Origin: Utricularia gibba
Lineage: Eukaryota; Plantae; Magnoliophyta
NCBI GenBank assembly: GCA_002189035.1
Contig: NEEC01000004.1
Coordinates: forward strand, 5,084,001 to 5,148,000
DNA length: 64,000 bases
Direction: 5' to 3'
The position numbers and the translations under genes were made by a program. Numbering within the stretch: the first letter of the stretch is position 1; each line of letters opens with the position of its first letter. The notes beneath the pieces were generated by a model. That model was given only the letters and a program-made list of their open reading frames with translations. It was not told where the DNA came from and searched no databases. Below are positions 10,681 through 22,610 of this stretch, one piece after another.

Positions 10681-13600
10681 TCAGAGGGTCGGCTTCGTGT
10701 AGTTCTTGAGCAAAAGGGAACTACAGATCACGGTAATGGAGGAAGCGGCCATGGCTCCGCCGGCAAGCCACGGCGGAAGACGGAACCTGGCGACCGGATA
10801 AAGCGCGCCCGCTGCTATGGGAATGCTGAAGCAGTTGTAGCTGAATGACCATAAGTAATTCAACCTGATTCTGTAGAAGGTCTTCCTTGACAAGTCCACA
10901 GCCGTTATCACATCCTCCAAGTTGCTCCTCATCAGAACTATGTCTGCCGCTTCATTAGCGATGTCCGTACCTGCGCCGATCGCAATCCCCACATCCGCCG
11001 CAACCAGTGCCGGCGCGTCGTTTATCCCATCACCGACCATGCAAACCACGTCCCCATTTGCCTGAATTACAACCCCAATTCATTACACATCATTCAGGAA
11101 GACTTGAGCTTTTAGAAAACACTAACCTGTAGCTCCTTCACTTTCTCTGCTTTCTGCTCGGGCTTAGCCTCTGCAATGACTGAATTTATGCCAACCTCTT
11201 TGGCTATGGCTAGTGCAGTGCCACGGTTATCGCCTGTCAGTATAATGCTACTGATTCCCATGGAGCTGAGAATCGACACAACACGTCGAGCCTCAGGTCT
11301 TACAGGGTCTGATACAGAGAGGATCCCATGAAGCTCCTTGTTGATCGACACCAGGATGCATGTTTGAGCCCGAGTTTCCACTTCTGCTAGCTTTTCCTCA
11401 GCGTTTGTTGGAATAGTGACACAGTGAAAATCCATCAAACTCCTGTTTCCTACCAGTACTTCTTTGCCTTCGACTACTGCTCTCACTCCATGCCCAGGGA
11501 AAGACTCGAAGTCACTCGTTCCTGGCCAGACTGGGTTGTCTTCTTTGGGTCTAAACGTTTCTGCATATTCAACTATTGACTTTGCCAATGGATGCTCACT
11601 GTTTACCTGATAGACAGCGCATGTGGTGGATTCAATGAACATTCAGTATCCGATGAAACATACCATGGAAAAAAAGAGGAGCAAATGTAATAATACCTCA
11701 GCAGCAGCAATCAGTGAAGTGAATTCCTGCAGGCCTGTTTCTCGCAAAAGGTGGCAACTGACTACCACTGGCTTGCCGATGGTTAGAGTTCCAGTTTTGT
11801 CGAAGATGATGCGGTTTACCTGATAAGCATCTCAGCTTTAGATTTTAGTTTCAAATTTCAACTCAAACAGACAAAGCAGGAGAGGGTATAATCCGAGCAC
11901 CTTGTGAGTGATTTCTAATGCCCGGCCACCTTTAATCAACACCCCTTGAGAAGCACCGACTCCGGTACCAACCATGACTGCTGTTGGGGTGGCCAGCCCG
12001 AGTGCACACGGGCAAGCTATCACCATGACTGAAATGCCAAACTGAAGAGCAAGCTCGAAGGCATCCATGGAAGCTGGGATCCAGGATTTCGGGTATCCGT
12101 TCAGTTTTCCAGCGAAAAACCAGGCAAGCCAGGTGCAGAATGACATAAATATGACCTGAGAGTTGCATAAAAAATAAGCACCAGCCTCGAAACTCAAGCC
12201 AAGGAATGGATTAGTTTAGTCTAGAAAAGAGGACTGTGTTTTACCAAAGGGACAAAAAATTTGGATACATGATCTGCAAATTTCTGGACAGGAGCTTTGA
12301 CAAGCTGTGCACGCTCAACAATTCGAACAATTCTTGAAAGAGCGCTCTCTGAGCCTACTGCTGTTGCCTTAACATGGAGTAAACCGTTTCCATTGACAGT
12401 TCCTCCAATAACAGAGTCGCCAATGCCTTTCATCACTGGCTTGGATTCACCTGTGATCATGCTTTCGTTGACATCGCTGTGACCCCATAAAACAACCCCA
12501 TCACAAGGCACTTTTGTGCCAGGAACAACTTTCAATACATCGTTCTTTTTTACCAACTGATTATCTATTTCTTCCTCCTCAATCACATTTCCTTCCCTGT
12601 CCAATAGTAACAAAATTGACTTATTAGAAGACAAGGCCAATAGCTTTTCTATGGAATTAGAAGTCCTTCCCTTTGCCACAACCTCCAGATACTTCCCTAG
12701 AAGAATGAAAGAAATGAGCGTTGAGCTCGTTTCAAAGAAATCCATGGACTCAAATCTTGAAGATGTTGCCGCCCTCACAGCCGAGTACACTGAATAGAAG
12801 TAAGCTGCATTTGTTCCTAAGGCAATCAAGACATCCATGTTTGCTGATCCACGGCATATTGCTTTGTAAGAAGCAATGTAGAATCGTCTTCCAATGATGA
12901 ATTGAACCGGTGTTGACAATATCCACTTTAGAACCATCCCAACAGTGAGCGCATTCACTATCCTCGTCTCCAGTGCATCATTAAGCACAGGTACGTACAT
13001 GAAAACCATGGATATCAGAAACACTGGCAAGCTGAAGGCAAGACTCCAGAGGAATGAGATAAGGTATTCTCGTCTTTCTTTCTTTCTAAGGTCCTCCCTT
13101 TCCCCTCTTTCTGGATACATCTTCGCAGTCAAAGTCCCAAATTCAGAGTTCTCAATGGATTTTATAAAATCTCTAGGCCCTACTAAATCGGGTTCATAGA
13201 CAACTGAGAGTTTCTTTATCCCAGGTTCAAACTTCACCTCCTCAACGCCAGGCATTTCCATGAGAGACTTTTTGATCACGTGGAACAGGTTTTCAGTATG
13301 CAGACCATCAACAAGGAGATGTACAGTGGCACTCTCCTTGCCAACACTAACAACAGTACCACGAATTCCCCTGTGTTCCAGGGCTTCCAAGATTGCAACA
13401 TGCGTTATAATACTCGGATCAAAATGGACTTCAAGTTGCTCGTTGGGTACAGAAACCAGAACTTTATTCACTCCACGCAAAGCTCCAACATAGCTTTCCA
13501 TTTCACGAGAAATGGAGTTCATGCCCTTGAGATCAATCCTGCAAACTTGTGTACACCACTCACCTGTCTCTTCTGACATCAGTTCAGCCTCAAAGCCTGT

Positions 13601-14262
13601 ATCCTCAATAGCCACGCGGATTGTTTCCTCCTGTACATAGTGATATAAGATATGAAGAATGCCAATCCCATGTCAAATATCGAAGTAAAAACAAGGAATT
13701 CGTTGTTTGGGTCAGTTGAATCTCGTAGAAAAACTCTACTGAGAATATTATACTATCAGTAAATGTATACACTCCCTTAGGGAAGCACAGTTCATTGTTC
13801 AAACTGTATACACGAAACCACAAAAAAACATCACAGCACAAAAAAACATTTCTTTTTGTTTTGGTGAATGGAATACCACATAAAAATCAGAGATTGATGA
13901 ACACTTAATCCAAGAAACCAAATCCTTAGGTAGTATCATGATCACCGGTTCAATTAAGAAGGTTGAAATGGACTCACATCGGAGAACTCCGGGAAATACA
14001 CGACCTGGACACGATTGTTCAACGCGTCAATTACCGCCTCCTTAATCCCAGGAAGACGTTTAACGGCCTTCTCCACCGAAGCGGTGCATGCCGAACACGT
14101 CATCCCTGTAACGGTGTACACGGCCGTCGCTTCTGGCACCAACAAACCCGTCTCCTCGTCGGAAGCCTCCGCCACCGCATTGGCGTATCTTGAGAACTTA
14201 GGCATCCACGTGTAACTCGATAATCCTCCGTTCCCTCTTCTACTCACAGCTTTCGCGGCCAT
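10681..14262 (-). CDS. HMA5: Copper-transporting P1B-1 ATPase (HMA5-like), 6 exons (14262-13978, 13630-12245, 12155-11901, 11819-11697, 11606-11127, 11061-10681)
   Basis: GMTCSAC metal-binding domain, [36 protein letters not shown] and MAASS; all junctions GT-AG and in frame. Confidence 0.95.
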
Positions 14263-15484
14263 AAGCAGCGACAGAAAACACCAGATGTGACCCCAAAATC
14301 TCAACCTTCTTCCTTTATTCTGTATAGCCGGTGGCGTCGTCAACTATGAACTCAAAACCGTCACGGCAGCCCGTGGTGGGCGGTCCACCCAAACTCAGGC
14401 ACCCACAGTGGACTTTCGCTTTTAAAAAAGAGAGCGAATTGGGATTTTACTTTTTTTTTATATTTTTTTTGAAAAAAATGAACAAAATTATAAATTTTTA
14501 GGGTCTATTTCACCAAGAATACGGAAGGAGCCGGAAATCTCTCATCTTGAGAACAAAAAACCCAATTTACCGCGATTCGAAAATTTTCCGTTTCTTGCCC
14601 AGGTGATTTTCGAAAAAAATCCATCTTTTAGGGGTTTTAGGGCTTCTGTTCTTGCTTGATATACGCTTAACGCACAGGTTTTGAATTCTTTCCGGGGTGT
14701 TTGCGTTTTTGTGGATTCGGGCGTTTGGGAAAGGGGAAGTGGAGAAACTATAAAAGGGATTATTTTGTTTCTGTAGTTTTGCTTCGAAACGTGTCTGTAA
14801 ATTCAAACCTGCTTCATTCTAGTTGGGCGGGCTTTTGGGAAGAGAGTAGAAAACAAAAGGCGATATTCTTTTTTTTTTTTGAAATTATTACCAGCTCTGT
14901 GGTCTTTCTTTGAAATGCTTTTAAAAGTTTCATCCTTGTTCATTTTTTATACGCATTTGGCCATCCCCCCTCAAGATATTATAATGATGTCTTGTTCAAT
15001 TTGTTGTATTTTCTAGTAGTACCGCTATCAGGTTTTTTTTTTTTGGTGCTTTTAGTAATGGAGCCTTTTAATGGTGAAGATTGCGTGTCCATTCTTATTG
15101 TATGTGGTTTTAGTGTGAATGCTAATGATGGTCCATATGACCTGCGCTCGCGTTTTGCTCTGTGTTAGGTTTTTATGAATAGAATTGCTTATTCGATGAT
15201 GCAAGATCTGCTCCTTTATTTAATTTAATGGATTCTTCTAAATAAGCTCTCGATCTCTCATGCCATTGTAATGGATTGCACTCATTAGAAATGGAAACCA
15301 ATGCTGTCTTTTCGGTTGTTGCTATGTCACATATTAGTCACTTTTGGTTCAAAGTAATGAGTTGGGCTTTGTTTAGTGTTTTTTTTGGGTGTATTCAAGA
15401 GCTTTTTTTGAAGTTTGATTTCAATCATTTTCATGTTCTGTGTATAGTGTGCTAAATATCAATCATTCTTTCAGGGTAAGCTTC

Positions 15485-17095
15485 ATGGATGCAAAAACAC
15501 AAAATGGTGAACGCCGGCATACTACAATTAAACTCTGGCCACCAACCGAGAATACAAGGCGGATGCTTATTGAGAGAATGAAAAATAATCTGTCAGCTCC
15601 AACTATTTTTACCCAGAAGTATGGCAGTATCACGATTGGCGAAGCCACAAAGCATGCCAAGAGAATTGAGGAGTCAGCATATACCATGGCAAGTCAACAC
15701 TATGAACGAGAGCCAGATGGTGATGGAACTTCAGCTGTTCAGTTGTATGCCAGTGAATGCAGCAAGGCAATGCTGGATGTTCTCAAGGGAGGTTCTGTAG
15801 CCAAGGAGAAAGAGTTATCTACATCTGAAGTTAGTCCCACTTCGAGTGAAACATTCTTTGATATTTCCAAGGGCCAAAGAGCATTTATAGAAGAAGATGA
15901 AGCTCAGGTGCTTTTAAGCCCCTTAAAGGAACCTGGGAATTTTTACACTAAGATCTGTTTTAGCAATCGAAGCTTTGGTCATGGAGCAGCTCGTGTTGCT
16001 GGGCCTATCCTAGCGTCCATAAAGAATCAACTTAAAGAGGTTGATTTGTCAGATTTTGTCGCTGGAAGATCCGAGGCTGAAGCCCTTGAAGTTATGAAAA
16101 TCTTTTCAGAAGCTCTTGAAGGTTCTTCACTGAGGTATCTAAACATCTCTGACAATGCGTTAGGGGAGAAAGGAGTGAGAGCATTTGCGGCCCTATTGCA
16201 GTCTCAGACTTGCTTGGAGGAACTATATCTGATGAATGATGGAATATCCCAAGAAGCTGCTCGTGCTGTTTGTGAGTTGGTTTCTTCCACAAAGAACCTC
16301 CGAATCCTGCACTTCCATAATAATATGACTGGGGATGAAGGGGCTCTGGCCATTTCCGACATACTCAAACGGTGTCCTTTACTAGAGGATTTCCGCTGCT
16401 CATCAACTCGTGTTGGCACTGAAGGTGGTGTTGCCTTGACTGAAGCACTTGCAGAATGTGCAAGTCTCAAGAAACTTGATGTCCGTGACAATATGTATGG
16501 TGTTGACGCTGGCATCAAGCTGAGTAAAGCAATTTACAATCACAAGCTCCTATCTGAAATCTATTTGAGCTACCTAAACCTCGAGGATGATGGAGCAAGT
16601 GCGATAGCTAATGCTCTCAAGGAATCTGCTCCTCTTCTAACCGTCTTGGACATGGCTGGAAATGATATTACTGCCGAAGCTGCCCCAAGTCTAGCTGCTT
16701 GCCTTTTGCGGAAGAAGTCTCTGCTGAAATTGAACCTGTCAGAGAATGATCTCAAAGATGAAGGCGCGATTCAGATTAGCAAAGCACTAGAAGATCATCA
16801 TGAGCTGAAGGAAGTTGATATTAGCCAGAACTCTCTCAGAAGAGCTGGAAGTAGAGCTGTGGCTCAGGCTCTCATCCCTTTGGCCGCATTTGAACTCTTG
16901 AACATTAACGGAAATTTCATTTCTGAAGAAGGAATTGATGAATTGACCAGCATGTTCAAAGGGTTTCCGAGTAAACTTGGCCCGCTGGACGAGAACGACC
17001 CTGAAGGAGAAGACTTCGATAACAACGAGGATGAAGATGAATACGATGGTCAGGATGAATTGGAAGCTAAACTCAAGAATCTTGATGTCAACTAA
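15485..17095 (+). CDS. RANGAP2: Ran GTPase-activating protein (WPP domain, LRRs, acidic tail)
   Basis: IKLWPPTENTRRMLIERM...KYG WPP domain, LRRs such as LNISDNALGEKG, and an acidic C-terminus; single coding exon. Confidence 0.95.
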   Translation: MDAKTQNGERRHTTIKLWPPTENTRRMLIERMKNNLSAPTIFTQKYGSITIGEATKHAKRIEESAYTMASQHYEREPDGDGTSAVQLYASECSKAMLDVLKGGSVAKEKELSTSEVSPTSSETFFDISKGQRAFIEEDEAQVLLSPLKEPGNFYTKICFSNRSFGHGAARVAGPILASIKNQLKEVDLSDFVAGRSEAEALEVMKIFSEALEGSSLRYLNISDNALGEKGVRAFAALLQSQTCLEELYLMNDGISQEAARAVCELVSSTKNLRILHFHNNMTGDEGALAISDILKRCPLLEDFRCSSTRVGTEGGVALTEALAECASLKKLDVRDNMYGVDAGIKLSKAIYNHKLLSEIYLSYLNLEDDGASAIANALKESAPLLTVLDMAGNDITAEAAPSLAACLLRKKSLLKLNLSENDLKDEGAIQISKALEDHHELKEVDISQNSLRRAGSRAVAQALIPLAAFELLNINGNFISEEGIDELTSMFKGFPSKLGPLDENDPEGEDFDNNEDEDEYDGQDELEAKLKNLDVN

Positions 17096-17777
17096 GAAGG
17101 GTAGTTGCTTTCTTCTTCCATCTCCCTTCAGCAGCGGAGGTTGCTCTGCATCAGCATGTTGGTTTCTCTGCAACTGCTGATTACTTTCTTTCTGTTATGT
17201 ACTTTTCTTAGGAGAAAGAAACTGCTCTGTTTTCTTTTCTCATCAATCATTTTGACTGATGGCTGGTCGTTTTCATTACAAATGGTTGCCTTTTAAAGCT
17301 TGCTTACCATGTCAACGAACACAAGGTGTCGTAAGTTCAAACCAACACTGCAACTACAAGTCAAGCTGATAGTACAGTTTCAATGCACGCAAGAACGAAG
17401 ACCCATTCTCTGGGGTCAGCAAGGAGAACCGGGCCACAGGGGGGCCCATTCAGGATTCCTGCTCATCCGGAATCAGAGCACAGCGGCCACATTCCACTCA
17501 CATTTTCCAGTGAGATTTGATCTCGGTGAACGGAATCAGAAACATTGATCTTGCTGCCGGTGCTTCACGGAATCCCGAGCTGTTTGTGGCGCTTTCGATT
17601 TTTTAAAGGGGGGAGGGGGGTGTCTTTGATTTGGGTTTTCTGCTCTATGAATTCACTTTCTATCAGAGGAAACATTCATTAGACAGATGCATACCAACAC
17701 TGCTTCATACGAATCTTTCCTGCACGAAGAATATCGTTTTATTGTTACAAACAGATCACTTTCCCTGGCCACAGCAA

Positions 17778-18212
17778 TCATAGTCTTGTGAAGTTGCAGG
17801 AATGTTGCTGATCTTGAGATGGAGTGATGTTGTTGCTGTACTGCATACGGGGAGGGACCCCCGGAATATGATGATCAAATGTTCTTCGTTCCCTTCTTGT
17901 TCCTTGTCTCATATTCTTCCTTGTTGGATGGGGGATGAAGACTCCTGTTCCTTTGCTCCCTCTTTTGATCGTTTGCTGAAATGATTCTTTTGTCGCAGGA
18001 TGGATAACCCCAGAATAAGCCTGAAAACAGAGCAAAACCTTAGAGCAGTGAAGGTTTGCTGATACCATTTGCATAAGAGGAGGAGGTAAAAAAACCTGTA
18101 GAGTTAGAGAAGGACAATGAGACAATTCGTCATCTTCAAGGAGAAGAGAAAGTTGCTTGCTCAAGTCCGCAAAGAAGACATCATCATCTTCAAACTCCAC
18201 AGCACCTTCCAT
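17778..18212 (-). CDS. Small conserved plant protein of unknown function; 2 exons (18212-18096, 18020-17778)
   Basis: EFEDDDVFFADLSKQLSLLLEDD and RGSKGTGVFIP motifs recall a widespread uncharacterised plant family; 75-bp GT-AG intron. Confidence 0.75.
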   Translation of the reverse strand: MEGAVEFEDDDVFFADLSKQLSLLLEDDELSHCPSLTLQVFLPPPLMQMVSANLHCSKVLLCFQAYSGVIHPATKESFQQTIKRGSKGTGVFIPHPTRKNMRQGTRRERRTFDHHIPGVPPRMQYSNNITPSQDQQHSCNFTRL

Positions 18213-19222
18213 GTATGAAATTTGCGTGCTCTTGTCTTTCAAGTAACCGATCTCCAACATATTCTCTTTTAAATAAAGAGAGAAAGGCATTGTTAGTGGA
18301 TCCACATGAAGTAAGCATGTGGGATGGTGGGGTATTGGAAGTCAGCAAACCATGCTGTCACACGCCCACAGAAAACGTGAAATACAGCCCTGTTTTCTGT
18401 GTTTCTTGGTGAAATCTTTGACCCCACAGCTTCCATTACAAGATGAGGAGATAAGATTACTTCATCATCTTCATCTGCCTACACACCTCTGGATTCTCTT
18501 CCCATGGCTTATCTCTGCCTTTACCTCCAGGAGATAAGATCTCTGTGTGATTGTATCGCAGTTAAAAGCCATGGTGGTTGAACCACTGAACCCCATTGGA
18601 GGTTTGGGTGGCTCTTTAATGGTCAATGCCTCAAGTGCGCCATGGTCCTAAGAGATAGCAGGGATTCCTTGAGCCATGGCACATTTGGAAAGGCTGCTGC
18701 ATCTCTCTCTGTGTAGAAGTATACCAATGGCGTTTGTGGAAATTGGCCCATCAAAATCCGAATCTTAAACGCCATAAATGCTGGCTGTGACCACACTCTC
18801 TAGACCATTATTTGCTTGGCAACAGAGGCACATGGTGAGCCTGAGCTATTCTAACCAATATTCCTTTTTTGTGAACTGTATTCGTGTAGGGACTCACATT
18901 TTCCTTGTTATATTCTTCTAGCGAACATGCTTTTATCGGCTTCGTATCCAGATTTGGGATTTGCCGAGAAGCCAAAGCGAGGCTTCACGTTCACGGCGGC
19001 TCTGAACCCGGACCGGATACTTGGCCGGCCGGTGGACTCAGTGCCTGTCAATTTGATCTGAACTTGAAGTAAACTGCATCAATTTCACAATAACTGGTTA
19101 GGCTAATAATTTACAAGATTGGAAGAGGTTTAACAGTATGACAAAAACCAAAAGTGATGAGAGAACTGCAGCAGTTGAATTATTATCACACAAACAGGGG
19201 TTCTGTGACCACAGCCACCAGT

Positions 19223-20001
19223 TCAAGAGTCCGAAGTGGGATGTGGTGGCTGCTGAGCCTGAGGAGGCCACATTTGCTGAGTTATGAAGGGGCGCGGCTG
19301 CTGGGCATAAAGAGCTGGATCAATAGGCTTCCCGACAAACATGCTCGGAACTCCAACTGAGGATGGGGGAGGCTGAGGAGGCATGTAATAGTAAGGAAGT
19401 CCTTCAGTTGGAGTACCCAAGGGAAGAGGTCCTCTTGGAATTGGAGCAAGCACCTCGTCCTTCAGGTCCTCCCTCGGCACGATGTCCACCAAGAAATCAA
19501 ATATGTCGGTCCTTGTAATGGCGGCGGCGATGTCATTTTTCTGAAGAGTCCTTCTTTTGCTCTCCTCGGTGTGATTCCATGCTCGTAAAGTCAGCTCAAG
19601 AATGAACATTTCGCAGGCTCGAGCGAAGATGACAGGGCTTCAGCGGATATCATTCTCACGTCTTCATCAGCTTTCATTATCTTCTTGATCCTTGCCAACG
19701 GCAAGCTGTGGTTCTTAAAGTCTGTGACGCGATCGATTTCTTCATACTGGTTAGCCCAAAACTGCTGGAGCTGTAGCTGCAATTGCTGCTGCTGCTGTTG
19801 GTGCACTTGTTGGTAAGCGAGTTGATGTTGTGCCATCTGAACAGCAGATGGGGCAGGAAGACCGGGGGCATGAGGAGATTGTGCTGAAGCCCCAGATACA
19901 GCCCGAGGGGCTCCTGTAACTAGGTTAGTTTGATACGGATTCATACTGAACAGAGCCTGGTTGGAGCTGCCTGGAACCTGTCCATTTTCCTGATGCTCCA
20001 T
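19223..20001 (-). CDS. NF-YC: Nuclear factor Y subunit C (histone fold); one 1-bp frameshift as assembled
   Basis: [28 protein letters not shown]|[20 protein letters not shown]...[28 protein letters not shown]. The frame is restored by +1 base at GGG 19635-19637. 5'UTR intron ~20021-20734. Confidence 0.93.
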
Positions 20002-20905
20002 TTTTAGTTCTTAGCCGACCTACAATGTTCCAGCGTTCAAACAAGCATTGTACAAGATCTGAAAATGCATGCACAAACGATCATCTTAAACAGAAAGACT
20101 AGAAACAATAAAATCATGACAAGTTTAACATGCTCTGTTTCTATGAAAGGACCTTTCCAAAACTCCCGCTAACTTGAAGCTAACCAACCAAGAAACGTTT
20201 TCGCCAAAAAAAAATAAAGAGCCATGTCCAAGCACTCGTCCATACCATCAGATTTCGGACACTCCATAACGCCCTACAAGAAGGTTTCCAAAGGTTTTGT
20301 TGACACACATCAGCAAGACCATTCAGCTATTCTGTTGTTAATGTGACACGCACATCAACAACAGCAACTTTCAACTTCCCGTTACCAAAACCAACCTTCA
20401 CTCTAGTACTAAATCATGCCAAGCTTTGCTACTTAATCCATGAATCAATCAAGATAATTCCATCTTTTAATCAAACCTCAGGCCTAAGCAGACATGCGAA
20501 CTAGCTACTATATTCCTCAAGTGAACCCACCAACTCCCATATGCCCCACAAAAAGTATACACGGAACAAACACGACGCACACACAAATCGAAACTAAGAC
20601 CCCTATCGCGGCGAGCCCCATACATGCAACAACCTATCATTTCCGCGATCAACAAAGCCTCGTAAAGTTTCCTAAAACAAATCCAATCCGCTGAAATCGA
20701 GGAATGAATCGAATACACACACAAACCCCTGTACCTGGCGATTGGAGCCAACGAAGCTTGAAGCTGAAAAACGATTACCAAACCCCCTGGTTAGGGTTTC
20801 CCCGAAAAACAAGTAGCGATTTAGAATCGAATCCACGACAACAAAAACCGCTTTCAGTATTCCGCGGGCAGTTTGTTGAAGCATGACGATTGACGACTAC
20901 ACTCC

Positions 20906-20915
20906 TATATATATA
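20906..20915 (-). promoter_or_regulatory. Probable TATA box of NF-YC
   Basis: TATATATATA lies just upstream of the pyrimidine-rich first non-coding exon. Confidence 0.5.
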
Positions 20916-21408
20916 GGGTGCGTCAACATGTATGTGCGCCACCCACCCAGTGGCAATAAAATAATAATAATTATTAATTCAATGAACTAATTTCCAATAT
21001 TATATTCGGAAACAAAATATGCCGAATAATTCACCAATTCCCAAATCATGGCTTCAGACAGCGTGAACCCTAGCGCTGAAATTATGGCATGCAGTACAAT
21101 GATCTTGTCCAGTGATTAGACATGCAAATAGGTTTAGGGCAGTTGTCTTCTGCGCATTTGCCAATTTGGGATTCAATGATTTAGTTAAAATTTGGTAAGG
21201 ATTCGTTCTGTGCACATAGAAGAAGCTTTCTGGTTTATTAGCTTTTGTACAAGAGACAGGAAAGGTAAAGCAGAGGAGTTACAAAGGAAAGCATAGAGAA
21301 GCTATGAACCCGGTTCTTGTTCTTCCCTTCCAGGCAGCCAGGCAGTCTCAGGATCCTGTACAGGCTCACCTCTTGGTGTACATTCCGGGATGGTAATGAT
21401 GGGCGCGC

Positions 21409-22610
21409 CTATTTTCCTATTGAGATCATGCTTGGCCCTTCAACCTGCCATAACATGCACTGACTCAGGGAGGTGTTGTGGTTGGATCAATGCATATCAT
21501 GACAGAAGTGTGGTTATGTGGTGTGTGAGGGCTGCTGCAAGTGGGGAGATGAATGGATGTTTGTTTAGAGAGATTCATTTTACCATGAACTTGGCTCCCC
21601 AGATTTCTTCCTCTTGGGCAAAGACAGCAGTGATCTTGTTTTTGGGATTCTCATAGCATCTGATTTCCCCAAACTCTGTGGAGAAGAAGCACCCTGTACA
21701 CAAAGGTGATGATGATGAGATCTTGAGGATCATCGAAGAAATCCGGAGTTTCATACTTGAATTTATAGCGCTCTACCTTGAGGGAATGTAGCAAGGGACT
21801 TCCCACAAGCGCCCTTGAGCAAATTGGCATCATTTCCGAAAGCAACATAGCCATCTGCGGTGATTCCCCAATACAGAGGAACCTTATTTTCTTGATCCTG
21901 AAAAGGGTTGCACCTCATTTGTCAGGAGGGAATCTAATGGCAGTCAAGTTGTATGAGGGTCACTCACTGTAGCAACGAATAAGGTAGAAGTGGACTTGTC
22001 AAAGATGATGAAAGAAAATCTCCCATCCAAATGGCCAACCATGTGGCTGGCTGGATAAGGAGCACGATCACGAAGCGCCTTGTAGGCTTCAATCACTAGA
22101 AGAACTTCGTTTGCTGATTTTGCTAAACCGTATTGCTGTTTCAAGCTCCCCAAATTGTCGAGAGCTCCTTCGAATAAACAGAATATGTCATCCTTCACAG
22201 CAAACGACCTGCAGATAACATTCCACAAGAATTGATCCAGAGAAATGCATCAGGGGAGTCTCAATTGTTACTTATCCACTATTCAGATGACAAATCTAGT
22301 CTAAACCCACAAAAAGAGTCCACAGAAACTGCTTAATTCAACTGGATCTGGAGACAACATGGGCAAATTCTTACGAAAATCACGACACGCGAAAAGAAAG
22401 AACATGCCTTGGCCGTAAAATGGACTCGTTCGAGTGGGTGTAAGCTAAGTTGACTTCACTGCCGATCTGCATAGAAATCGCCGACGAATTCACATCCAAA
22501 AAGCGAGCCAAAAGTTTATCCGCCGAGGCCTTGGGTGACGGAGTCTTGCTCCCCGCCGTCACCAGCTCCTCCGGCGGCGATACTATCGAGCTGCTGAAGA
22601 TTCCCAACAT
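21409..22610 (-). CDS. TSJT1: Stem-specific protein TSJT1 / Wali7 aluminium-induced protein (Ntn-hydrolase-like fold), 5 exons
   Basis: MLGIFSSSIVSPPEEL..., QQYGLAKSANEV, ALRDRAPYP, VPLYWGITADG, GACGKSLATFPQGCFFST, final exon VEGPSMISIGK*. Confidence 0.93.
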
